The notes under the pieces were generated by a model. It was not told the origin of the DNA. It did not search any database and was given only the letters and a program-made list of their open reading frames with translations. A stretch of DNA of 64,000 nucleotides from Octopus vulgaris (lineage: Eukaryota): positions 41,974,001 through 42,038,000 of the forward strand of contig OX597819.1 of assembly GCA_951406725.2 (NCBI GenBank), in the 5' to 3' direction. Shown here in pieces: positions 40,116-51,625 of this stretch (its first letter is position 1; each line of letters begins with the position of its first letter). Both the position numbers and the translations under genes were made by a program.

Positions 40116-40350
40116 GTATGTGTATATGTATATATGAGTATATAGGGACTTGTGTGTTGTGTGTGCATGTGTGTATGTGGATTTGTGTGTGTATGTGTAT
40201 GTGTGTGTATGTATATATTTTTTTGTGTGTATGTGTATGTGTGGTCGTGTGTGTGTATATATACATGTGTGTGTGTATATGTATATGCATGTATAAGTGT
40301 ATGTATATGTATATATATATATATATATATGTAGATATATGTATGTATAT

Positions 40351-40386
<36 letters not shown>

Positions 40387-40686
40387 GGGTGTGTGTGTAT
40401 GTATGTGTGTATGTATATGTGTGTGTGTGTGTGTATATATGTATACATATGCGTATAGGTATAAGTGAGAATTTCCTTATTTACCTAAAACTCTATTCTT
40501 CTATATATATTTTTTTATTCTCTTTTTTTATTCTTTTATTTATTCTTCTATCTAATTTACCACTGACTCCTTGACCACTCCCCCAAGTATGATTTTTTTG
40601 CGCTATGCCTACCCCCAAAAAGTCCCCCACCACCACCCCTTTAAACCTGCCTAAATGTATAAATGCCAATACAATTCTTGTTAACT

Positions 40687-40737
40687 AGCTTCCTGAAGAT
40701 TTCTCTTGAATGAAACAGTTCTAGTCCTGTAGAAGCT
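40687..40737 (+). ncRNA. Type I hammerhead ribozyme motif
   Basis: AGCTTC-CTGAAGA-TTTC TCTT GAAT-GAAA-CAG TTCTAGTC CTG-TA-GAAGCT; 6-bp stem I, GUA site; first pair of stem II is U.U. Confidence 0.7.
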
Positions 40738-40820
40738 CCTTCTATATAATAAATTAATTTTACTCTGCTATGTATTGAGTACCTTATTTACTGTGGTTAA
40801 CCCCGAATCAACCCGGGACC

Positions 40821-40870
<50 letters not shown>

Positions 40871-40895
40871 TACATATACGTTCATGTACTACACA

Positions 40896-41122
40896 CATCA
40901 TCACCATCATTTGTTTAATGTCTGTTTTCCATGCTGGCATGGGTTGGATGGTTTGACTGAGGATTGGCAAGCCAGAAGGCTGTACTAGGCTCCAATCTGA
41001 TCTGGCAAGGTTTCTATTACTGGATGCCTTTCCTAATGCCAACCACTGCAAGAGTGTAGTGGGTGCTTTTTACATGCCACCGGCACGAGGGCCAGTCAGA
41101 CGGCACTGGCAACGACCACGCT
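40896..41122 (-). mobile_element. RTE 3'-end fragment / RTE-tailed SINE
   Basis: Reverse complement of 30915-31148-type sequence. Confidence 0.8.
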
Positions 41123-41382
41123 CAAAGCAACATGGAAAAGGGACATCAAATGATACAACTTTTATGCATTGGAAATGTCCCTGAATTCCAGGTCTTTGAT
41201 ATAATAAGGCATGTGTCATACATACAAATGTATTTCTTGATTCTAAACAACCAACTGAAAGTGAATTCAAAATTTATCACCCATGTAGAAGGCGTTTGAA
41301 TTCAACAGGCTAGTAGTAGCTCAGTACAAAAAATACATAACCGCACCTGTGTTGGGATATCAAGATAGTTAATGCCTTAAAT

Positions 41383-41999
41383 CAGTGGTTCTTAACCTTT
41401 TTCTTTTTTGTAGCGTGTCCCTCTCTCCTTTTTAAGTAGTTATGCCTAGCATTCACCTAAGTGGAAAATGAGGTATCACAACTAAACTAAACTTAACATG
41501 GATGATAATTAGTAAAATTTACTATAAAACTGGACTGTACAAGCTTATAACAGTGAAATGATAAAAATTTAATAAAGACAAAAGTTGTCAATTTACTTTA
41601 AACATAACAAGTTAATGACTTCCCTGTATCTGATGAGATCTCATCATCATCATTTAACATCCATTTTCCATGCTGGCATGGGTTGAACAGTTTGACTGAA
41701 AACTAGTAAGCCAGAGAGCTCTACCAGGTTCCAGGCTGATTTGACATGGTTTCTACAGCTGGATGCCTTTCCTAAGGCAAGTCACTCCAAAAGTGGGTGC
41801 TTTATACATGACACTGGCACAGGTGCCAGTTACAACCATTACTAGTTTTTCACGTATAGTATAGTTACTACTATAAGTAAGATTTAGTATGTTAATTATG
41901 TTACTTCACTGCCCTTCTCACCACCACCTAAAGTCTAATGCCCCTTTCAACAAGCCCAGCACCTCCTTGGGGCAGTACCATCCATGTTGAGAACCTCTA
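41383..41999. mobile_element. hAT MITE with nested RTE-tail insertion (41641-41835)
   Basis: TIRs CAGTGGTTCTTAACC / TGTTGAGAACCTCTA; perfect 8-bp TSD CCTTAAAT. Confidence 0.8.
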
Positions 42000-42193
42000 C
42001 CTTAAATCAAAATATGTTCTCCAATTTCCTACCAAATCTGTAACTGAATAGTTAAATTTTAGTTTAGTTAGAGGTTAATTTGAGTTTTACAGCATTCAAT
42101 AGATTAAGATAAAAATTACTAGATCATTAAAATATATTTAAAATGTATAGTAATTCAATGTTGGAAGAGAAATAGAAAAGAATAAATGCTTAC

Positions 42194-42250
42194 CAGTGGG
42201 AAACCCGCCACCAAAAAACATATTGAACAATTCTTCTGCAGATATATCAC
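42194..42250 (-). CDS. DNAJB12: DNAJB12/14 G/F-region exon (GDISAEELFNMFFGGGFPT)
   Basis: tctatttcag acceptor, GTAAGC donor, 57 bp phase 1 to 1; diagnostic DIS.EELFNMFFGGGFP. Confidence 0.96.
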
Positions 42251-43454
42251 CTGAAATAGAAAACAATTGACTCTGAATGAAATATATAGAGACAAAACCC
42301 ATAAAAAAATATGCAAAGAACATTAACCAGGGCCTCTGTTGGTCAAGGCTAATTATGTGTCTATACATGTAAGCACAGATCTAGGTAAGGTATTTTTGTG
42401 GAAGACTGACAGTTGTCCATACACGCAAGTCTCTCCTCTTTGTGATACTGATCTTGTCCAAAGGAAAATCCACCACCTTACGGCCAGTATAACTAGGCAT
42501 CAGTATCATCTCAGGCATTGTTATCGGAACAGAAAGAGCCAGAAGAGATACCACAAGGTATCTCATCTGATGATTTAAAAGGTTCACCAACCCAGTTCCC
42601 TAGATTAATACTGCTTTTCTTAACATTGAAAAGATGAAAGGCGAAGCTGACCACAGCAGGATAAGAACACAAAGCAAAAAAATTGGAAAAAATATCAACT
42701 CACTGCATTCTATCCAATGCTCCAACACTGAATATCAATGATTTTATTTTTAGCTTTTATTTTATTTTATTTACTAACAGTTGAACCTATTCAAATCACA
42801 CACTTCATAATGAATTATTATTCAAATTTTTCTAATATCACAATAAAATTTCAAAAATATTTACAATAGAAATAAAGTTTCCTTTTAATTTCATTCAGGC
42901 TACAGCCATCAATCTCAAGATTATTGAATTATATTTAAATAAAGAGTATCTGTCTGTTTTGTCTATATCACATTCCTCTCTTGTTTGCCCTTCATTTTCT
43001 AAGATGACCAAAATGCCACCTCTTAAAAAGTATCACCAAGAGTTAATATAGTAGTGCAGATAACTAGAAAATTATGACAGCTTGCACCTAGATTTTCCAT
43101 TTGTCCTCATGAATGAAGAAACAATAGGAACAGTGGTGTTTCAGTGTTGCACAGGCATGTGATATCTCTGACTGCTGCAACAAAAGATTCATTGTAGTTC
43201 CAAAAAGTTTGAGTCCTGACTTGCACAGGACTTGGACTAAATTGAGGGAGAGCTACACTAGACTTTCTATCACGTCAAAAAAGGGGATGGCCATGTGGTT
43301 AACAAGCATGCTTTGCAATCACATGGTTCCAGGTTCAGTCCCACTGTGCAGCAACTCGGGCAAGTGTTTTCTACAGTAGTCCTGAATCAACCAATGCTTT
43401 GTGAATTTGGTAGGAGTAAACTATGCAGAAACCTAGAAGAGTTGGTCTCTCAAA

Positions 43455-43895
43455 ATAGATGGAACACATGGAAGTGGAAGATGCAGGAAGACATGGGATG
43501 AAGTACTGAAAAATGACCTCAGGTTGTTGAACCTTTCAGGCAAGACGACAAAGGACTGAGATGCCCAGCACCTTGTACTAAAGAAGATCTGTACTTTGCA
43601 GCAGAAGTGTTAAGACTGGTCCCTCTGGTGATGTAAAGCACTCTTGGAAGTGCCACGTAAAAATGCCCATGTGACACCACATAAAAGCGCCCATGTGATG
43701 TCATGTGAAAGCACCCATTCAGTGCCACATAAAAACGCCCATACAACACCACATAAAAGCACTCGTGTGACACCATGTAAAAGTGCCAATGTGGTCATCA
43801 TGTAAAAGCACCCAGCACTCTGTAAGTGGTTGGCAGTAGGAAGGGCATCCAGCCATAGAAGCCATGCCAAATTAGGCTGAGTCCGATGCAGTTCC
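43455..43895 (+). mobile_element. Diverged RTE 3' fragment with 24-bp tandem array (43625-43815)
   Basis: AGGAAGACATGGGATGAAGTA (RKTWDEV) then ~7-8 units of ..CCACATAAAAGCACCCAT. Confidence 0.75.
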
Positions 43896-44289
43896 AATGT
43901 GTCATAAGATGAAATACAGAATAATGTTTCCACTAAAGGGCCTGCTAACACATTAGTCTCAATTTCATTACACTGCACACCAACACATGCTACACTTCAA
44001 GAATGGCAGAGATATCTCAAGTTACATATATAGCATTGTGATATAATTTATAAAGTTTCACCAATCTGAATATTGGGGAAGCTTTTTTGTGTAATCTAGA
44101 TATTTCTTTCAATCACAAAAGAAATATATAGGCATGGAGTGTCAGATAACTGTAGGAAGAAGACATTATGACAACCAGGCTTTCACAGATGGATCAGTGA
44201 CATAACTAAAGTTCTAATTAAAAAATTGAAACCGAATTATGAATTCATTTCACCAAGTATTTACTACCATACCACAACCATAAAAAGGT

Positions 44290-44790
44290 AAGATTTCATC
44301 ATTTGATTGTCATTGCAACAAAGACTATATCCTTTCATCTTTTCAGGGTCAATAAAGTAACAGTTGAGCACTGGGGTTGATGTAATTGATTTACTCCCTT
44401 CCCCAAAATTATTGGCCTAGTGCCAAAATCTGAAACTATTTTTATAAAATAATAATAATAATAATAATTATTGTTATTATTAAGGTGGTGAGCTGGCAGG
44501 AACCATTAACATACTGGACAAAATGCTTAGCAACATTTCGTCTGTCTTTACATTCTGCTAAGAACAACTTTGCCTTTCATCCTATTGTGGTCAATAAAAT
44601 AAATATCAGTTGAGCACTGGAGCTGATGTAATCGACTTACCCCCACTCTTTGAAACTGCCAGCCTTCTAACAAAATTCGAAACTATTATATTATTATTAA
44701 GGGGGTGAACTAGCAGAATCATTAGTATGTCAGACAAAATACTGAGGCAGCATTTTCATCAGTCTTTACAATCTAAGTTCAAATGCCATT
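44290..44790 (+). mobile_element. Tandem cluster of SINE family C pieces
   Basis: Repeated GGTGAGCTGGCAG..ATTA.. head and TTTCATC..GGTCAATAAA..GTTGAGCACTGG body; reverse copy at ~36430-36590. Confidence 0.6.
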
Positions 44791-44934
44791 GAGACAGTGA
44801 AACATCAACATTCACATATACACATTAGACATGTTTTAAAATCCACCATGAGATGTCTCAACAAGAGTATGTCCACATATATATAACCACCAAGCCATAT
44901 GTTCACACACACACACACAGACAAATGTATATAC

Positions 44935-45102
44935 ACACACAATAGGTGTCTTTCAGTTTCTGTTTAAGAATTCCACTCACAGGGCTTTGGTCAGCCTGAT
45001 GCTATAGAAGACACTTGCCCAAGGTATTGCGCAGTAGGACTGAACCCAGGACCATGTGGTTAGCAAGCAAGCTTCTTAACCGTACAGCCCCACCTGCACC
45101 TA
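44935..45102 (-). mobile_element. SINE family A 5' part
   Basis: Shared head sequence. Confidence 0.7.
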
Positions 45103-45340
45103 AACCTGTGCTTATATTTCATAATTGATGAAACTATGCCAATAAATAACTGATAACAAGTCTCTAGATATTTTTTTATCCATAGCTTGATTTGTAAGAT
45201 CAGCAATTTGAAATTCAAAATGCTGTGTACAGCAGGAATAAACCAGCACTTGATGTATATATGTATTTGTTAATTCAAATAACGAAAAAAATTAAATTTA
45301 CGACAATTTGGGAAATTAAATCCAGAAAGTTCCCTCTTAC

Positions 45341-45475
45341 CTTCGAAGCCCCGAGAATAGTCAAATTGCTCGTCCCTACTACAATTCCGAGAGTGATGGA
45401 CAATATCCTCTCCATAGAGATCATACTTTTTCCTTTTTTCGGCATCACTTAATACAGAAAATGCATTTCCAATAG
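45341..45475 (-). CDS. DNAJB12: DNAJB12/14 exon, end of J-domain (AIGNAFSVLSDAEKRKKYDLYGED...YSRGFE)
   Basis: gttgttttag acceptor, GTAAGA donor, 135 bp phase 1 to 1. Confidence 0.96.
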
Positions 45476-45689
45476 CTAAAACAACAGAAACAAATAAAAT
45501 TAACAAAACTAGGAGGAATAAAATTTAAAAGACTTAATAAAACATTTTAAGATGAAATAATAAATTTTAGAGACAAGTTAGAGTGAGAGGTTTCATGTTC
45601 ATGAGGTCTCAAAGTTCCACAGAGTTTGTGAATTGAAGCACTCAGAAGGAAATATTGAAGAACTCGAACTTTCAGCCTGATCGGACTTT

Positions 45690-46895
45690 TGGTGGAGTCA
45701 ATTTATTCAGAGATTTGGATGCTGGAAGATTTGCAGCTCAGTTACTGGATCTGGGAAATGGAAGCATTCAGCAAAACTGCTTTTGTTTATCAGCCACATG
45801 GAAAGGGTACCTTCCCTACTAACCTGCCTGTGATCCTTCTACAGCTCTTGTGCAACCATAGGTTACATTGGCTACTATATGGAATTCCTACTGACTCATT
45901 TTCTGCATATGGAAAATGGTCACTTCCCAAATAGCAGTATAGCCTTGTCTTCTTTCCTACTTACTAAAAGTCCCAATTTTTGATAGCTAGATTTCCAATG
46001 AAGCCTATCAATTCTAGATTTTCCTTCCAAATTTGAATTGCTTTCTTCTAAATCTTTGACAGGTTCAGTTATGGGAACTAGGTCACCAGTATATAGGAGG
46101 TCTTACAGGCAGGCAGTTATAAATTTGCAGCTCAGCTACTGGATCTGGGAAATGGAAGCATTCAGCAATAGAGACATCACTTTGTCCAGGTTGTCAATTG
46201 GAAACTTATGCAATCAATCAATACTGAGAAAAAAAATTATTTCTTAATTGATACTGTTGTGGACCCCAGTAAGGCAGTGAATTATCCTACTGAGTTTCTT
46301 AACTCTTTGGATCCTCCTGGAATACCTTCTCACAAACTGATATTGAAGAAAGAAGTTCCAACCATGCTTTTGAAAAATCTGGATCCTCCAAAGCTGTGCA
46401 ATGGAACCAGACTGATTGTCAGGCAAATGTATCCATATCTTTTGGAAGCGACAATCCTCACTGGAGAAGGAAAGAGAGAAAATGTGTTTATTCCAAGAGT
46501 TCCACTGATTCCAGCAGACATGCTCTTTGAATCCAAGTGATTCAATTTCCAGTAAGAGTTAGTTTTGCAATGTCTGTTAACAAGAGACAAGGACAATCAC
46601 AGAAAATTATTGGTCTTCACCTCATGCAGCAGTACTTTCCCCATGGTCAGCTCTATGTTGGTTGTTCCAAAGTTAGAAATGGCAACAGTCACTTCATACA
46701 CCAAATGGTAAAACCAAGAATATTGTTCATTCTGCTGCTTTACAGTGATCTCCAAATGTCACAGTGATACAAAATTCTCCCAATGTGATACTCTGTGATA
46801 TAAATCTGAGATGGTAGGGTACTAATAAATGCTTTATTATTATTGCTGTCTTTAGTTTTGGGCTACAGGCCCAATTAGCCTTCCATAGGAGCTAG
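45690..46895 (+). mobile_element. Helitron relic (Pif1-family helicase C-terminus), interrupted by a 350-bp insertion
   Basis: FAAQLLDLGNG, YPTEFLNSLDPPG.P.H.L.LK, LCNGTRL, QFPVRVSFAMSVNK.QGQS, F.HGQLYV; possible 3' hairpin GGGC..GCCC and CTAG at 46892-46895. Confidence 0.88.
45775..46122 (-). repeat. Inverted local copy of 48803-49156, flanked by 46-bp direct repeats
   Basis: Near-identical reverse complement; flanks 45729-45774 and 46123-46168 differ by 1 base. Confidence 0.92.
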
Positions 46896-46985
46896 TTCAA
46901 AAGTCCACATGAAGTGCAGTTTTTAAGTTAGTATTTTAGACCCCTGCATCTATCCTAAAGTGCATTCTAGTTAGATCATCTAAAG

Positions 46986-47593
46986 CAGAGGTTCTCAACT
47001 AGGGTCCTCTCTGTTAGAAGGCACAAGCACTTACACACACACGTTATATACAAGAACTTCTGCCTACCAAATTCAATTACAAGGCTTCAGAAGGCCCATG
47101 CAAGCAAAATAGATAATTGGAGATCTACAGCAATATTTTAAGGATCCATGAAAAGATTTTGCTAGGGTTTCTTTCTTTAATGTTTTACATACCTATCAGC
47201 ATTCAGATTGCTCTGTCAAATGTAATATTTATTCACAATGTTTTGAATTAATCATGCATTATCTCTTCAAAATTTCAATAATGCGACAGTATTTTTTAGA
47301 ATGACATCATAGAATAAGTGTCAGAGGTTGACTGGTGGGTTTGAACATAAAATAAGTAGAATATTTGGACTGGATATGGCTGGTTTAAATGCTAAAGGGT
47401 TGAGATGTTTCTAGCTTCTGAAACATATTCCAAACTTATACAAGTGAACACATGAAAAACAAAGTAGGAGTTTTGAAAGAAATATCTATAAAACTAGTTT
47501 TTAAATGTTGAATGATTGGGTTGGGATGACAGTCCACCAGAAAAAAATAGTAATCAAAGGAGTCCATAGGCAAAAAATGGTTGAGAATTACTA
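46986..47593. mobile_element. hAT MITE with nested insertions
   Basis: TIRs CAGAGGTTCTCAACT / GGTTGAGAATTACTA; perfect TSD ATCTAAAG. Confidence 0.8.
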
Positions 47594-47631
47594 ATCTAAA
47601 GAGTTAATAATTAAAAGATGGTTTAGCTTAC

Positions 47632-47779
47632 CTTTAAAGGCTTCAGTAGCCCCTGGAGCCTTATTTTTATCAGGATGCATTTTTAATGCTAATTTTCTGT
47701 ATGCTTTTTTCAAATCAACATCTGTTGCATCCTTTGAGACACCAAGGATTTCATAATAATCTTTACATTTTTTTTAATT
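47632..47779 (-). CDS. DNAJB12: DNAJB12/14 J-domain exon (..[45 protein letters not shown]); frame conflict in A8 run
   Basis: HPD motif, tttttgcag acceptor, GTAAGC donor; 148 bp does not fit phase 2 to 1 (needs 146 or 149). Confidence 0.95.
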
Positions 47780-47871
47780 CTGCAAAAAGGAAAAAAAAAA
47801 AAGGTTTCTTGAAAAAAGACACTAAAAAAAAAACTGTGCAAAAGGATAACAAATTTAAAACACCTTTTTCT

Positions 47872-48527
47872 TCAGTTCTATATTTAAGAGATGAGGAATT
47901 CATCATCATCATCATCATTTAACGTCCACTTTCCATGCTAGCATGGGTTGGACGATTTGACTGAGGACTAGCGAACCAGATGGCCGCACCAAGCTCCAAT
48001 CTGATCTGGCAGAGTTTCTACAGCTGGATGCCCTTCCTAACACCAACCACTCCAAGAGTGTAGTGGGTGCTTTTATGTGCCACCGGCACGCTGCTCTGGC
48101 AAGGATCACGTTCGGATGGTGCTCTTAGCGCTCCACTAACATGGATGCCAGTCATCGAATTTGATTTCGATTTCACTTGCCTCAACAGGTCTTCGTAAGC
48201 AGAGTTTAGTATCCAATGAAGGAAAGGTACGCATAAGTGGGTTGGTTACACCCCTGGCATAGGCCATGAGGTTATGGTCTCACTTGGCTTGCTGGGTCTT
48301 CTCAAGCACAGCATATTTCCAAAAGTCTCAGTCACTAGTCATTACATTATTTACAACTGACGAATATTTTTCCAATAATAATAATATCGAAAAATACCTT
48401 AGGAATGAGAACCCAGGTTCGAAATTTTCCTAAGACACCTGATGAAGGCTGGAGGGTATATCAGCCAAAACATTGTGTTAACAACAAACAAGATGAGGAC
48501 AAATATCCGTCAATTGTAAATAATGAA
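47872..48527. mobile_element. Penelope-like inverted element with degenerate hammerhead (48434-48479), split by an RTE 3' insertion (47901-48340, minus)
   Basis: CAGTTCTATATTTAAGAGATGAGGAATT and ACATTATTTACAACTGACG are reverse complements of this family's 3' end; the forward copy follows. Confidence 0.7.
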
Positions 48528-48589
48528 CTTTTTACTTGTTTTCATGAAATAAAAATTCTGGCAGTAAATAACTGCCTTTCAGAGTATGT

Positions 48590-49700
48590 AGTCAAACTTT
48601 GCTGACTTGGAAAAGGCCTTTTATAGAGTTCTATTAGTCACTAAAATAACTAAGGATGGATGAATGGCTTCTGAGAGTAAGAAGAAAGTTAGTAATCAGT
48701 CCAGTATTTTGTGTGTAGGGGCATTAAATAATAATGATAGTGTCAGTCAGGTTTGGTTCTCATCCCTTTCCATTTATTATATAATCTTCCAGGCCATAAC
48801 ATACAAATTCATAACTGACTGCCTGTAAGACCTCCTATATACTGATGACCTAGTTCTCATAACTGAACCTGTCAAAGATTTAGAAGAAAGTAATTCAAAT
48901 TTGGAAGGAAAATCTAGAATTGATAGGCTTCATTGGAAATCTAGCTTTCAAAAATTGGGACTTTTAGTAAGTAGGAAAGAAGACAAGGCTCTACTGAGAT
49001 TGGGGAAGTGACCATTTTCAATATGAAGAAAATGAGTCAGTAGGAATTCCATATAGTAGCCAATGTAACCTATGGTTGCACAAGAGTTGTAGAAGGATCA
49101 CAGGCAGGTTAATAGGGAAGGTACCCTTTCCATGTGGCTGATAAACAAAAGCAGTTGGCAATGAAATAAATTCCTTCAGGTGCTCAGAAGGATTTGTAGA
49201 AGTAGTTGATAGTATTTCCTGCTGGAGGTGGATGGCTGTTCTGAAAGGATAGTAGCAAGAGGAAGAATGATGAATGGGGGAAAAGTTCAGGGAACCGTAA
49301 GCACACCTCGAGTAACAGAGTAGATTGTATGATGCTTTTGTATGAAGTGTGATGTTGCATATTAATGAGATACGGGTTAGAAAGTGGAAGATGTTAAAGA
49401 CTGGAAAGAAATGAGGCAAGCATGCTTTGCTGGATGAGCAGTATGTATATAAACAATGAAGTACAAGTAAACTGAGGGAAAAATTGGATATAAGAGGAAC
49501 AGGAATGAAGTGGACAGGAGAGAAAACTGTGGCCACTATAACCATAAAATATTGAGGATGTCAGCTGTATAAAGAAGTGCAGAGCACTCCAAATGAACAG
49601 AATCTGCAGAAGAAGGAGACCAAGGATGACTTAGGAAGTGGTAAGCTGAGCTCTCAAGAGAACAAACCTCACAAAGGAGATGGTAAAAGAACTGGATGTA
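48590..49700 (+). mobile_element. Old degenerate RTE LINE fragment
   Basis: GACTTGGAAAAGGCCTTT (DLEKAF), CTCCTATATACTGATGACCTA (LLY.DDL), colinear with 3150-4300. Confidence 0.8.
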
Positions 49701-51029
49701 AAATGGTGGTGGAAGTTGGGATGTATGCTATCTACATTTCAGTCTTACCTTTCTATTATATTCATATTAAGGCTCTCTGCTTCCAAACAGCTTTGTCACA
49801 TTACTCCCATTACTTTCTCTTTTATTTGTCATTGAAATCCTCCACTCTCTCTCCCTTTCTTATCATTATCCATCTTTATTACTACACATTATCCTGTGCA
49901 GGCGACATGTGAAAGGCACCTGTGCCAGTGACATGTAAAAAGCACCCACTACATTCTTGGTGTTTGGCATTGGGAAGGGCGTCCAGCCATAGAAATGAAG
50001 CTAAACCAGACTGGAGCCTGGTTCCACTCTCTCTCTCACACTCATTTTCCTTTTCTCTCATGTCTCTTTCTTCTATCACTTTCTCATTTTGGCTCTCTTC
50101 TCACCCAGTAGTGTGGGAAAGAAAGGCCTAAATGAACAGAGACAGTGCAGGGAGGAGATGACTTTCCAAAGTCTTACCAGAGGTGAGACAATCTCTCTAG
50201 TGCTGGATGAACAAACGGATGAAAAGAGATAGTGTGGAGTAGAGATGACGAATTTTGCTGAGAACTTCTCTGGTAATATGATAAGATGCAACAAGTAGTC
50301 CATAAAGTGACTGGCAATTATAGAAACAATGCCAAAAACGGTAACTCCAAAACAGATTCTGACCTGGTCAGAAATGACCCATTCAACCTATGCCAAAACG
50401 GAAAAAGCAGATAGATGATGATGGCGATGAACCTTTAGAGTGAAATTACCAACTGATATATATGTACAACTATCTCTGAAGATACACTATATCTATCTCT
50501 AACGAACATGTTTTACCAGCTGAATTAAAAGAAGGCAGAACAAAAAAGTCATGTTAAGATTCTTTAGGAATTTTCTTTATGAAAGTCAGAAGACAAGGAG
50601 TTGTGCCCACAAAATCTACAGGAAAGGAGATTCCAGGTACAGTAAGAGCACTGGAAACAGCAGGGCTAGATGGAGAGGGTATACAACTAGCTAGTTTAGA
50701 GGAACAAGATGTAAGAGTATATATATAAGCTAGAGTAGTTGCAGTGTGTTGCTGGTTGGATGTTTGCCAATCAGTAGAATTGCCTTCTTTTGAATCTAGT
50801 TTAGATTGTCTTTCACTACTTCTTGACATTATTCTCTTCATTCCATTATCAATGACCCACTATGATACTAGAATTGGGTTAAACTTGTAAAGTATAGTGG
50901 TTTGCTAAAGATGGAAAATATATGAAGACAAAATAATTGAAGCCTGTAGTGTAATAACTAGAATTAGATTAAATATTAGAGAAAGAGATATCATTGTATA
51001 TAGAGATTATACGAAAAAAATAACTATGA

Positions 51030-51625
51030 TCATTTTTATGCCTGCTTTTCCATGTTTGCATGAATTGGATGGTCCTTCTCAAGCACAGCATCTTACCACT
51101 TGTCCCAGTCCAGGTATTTTCATGAAGTTCAGCCTTTTGAAATGAGCCTTCATCACTTCTTCCCATGTGTTCTTCTGTTGCAGATTCCTTCCACTTGGAT
51201 TGTCTTGACATTTCTTTTCACTCAACTGTCATCATCTATATATGAAGCATGTCTCTACTGGATGTCTTTCTTCTCTGCACATTACATCTGAGTCATCTTA
51301 TTCCCCATGTTCTTCTCTCTATTTGTATTGTTGCTCATGCACATTCATTTTTACACACTCAGCAGAGCATGCTTACTATATTTCTTGCCAGCCTTCAAAC
51401 ATCTTTCACATTCAGTACCCATGTTTTACCATAATGCAATGTCACCCTTTCTACATAAGCAGCATACAAGCTCTTTATACCAGGACAGGTAATAAATCCC
51501 TGAACATTCTCCACCCTGTTTTAACTCCAACTACTATGTTTTCAGAACATCTGCCTCCATGGCTAATTAGGTCATCTAGGTAAGGAAAGCTACTAACTTC
51601 TAGAGAGCTTCTCAAGCATTTGAAA
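51030..51625 (-). mobile_element. Degenerate RTE 3' fragment
   Basis: Reverse complement shows KxWEEV-like end and RTE tail. Confidence 0.55.

Larger units (their letters stand above)
39315..40825. mobile_element. Large near-perfect inverted repeat (Penelope-like), arms ~39315-39850 and ~40190-40754
   Basis: Unique ~290-bp outer arms are almost exact reverse complements and continue into mirrored CA/TA microsatellite; the right arm extends ~70 bp further. Confidence 0.85.

Noticed and set aside
39514-40574. Many overlapping ORFs rich in Y/I/H/T/C/V
   Set aside because: Translations of CA/TA microsatellites lacking stops; not proteins
46208-46767. Host PIF1 helicase gene
   Set aside because: Intronless fragment with stop/frameshift and an insertion; Helitron-type motifs, so a transposon relic
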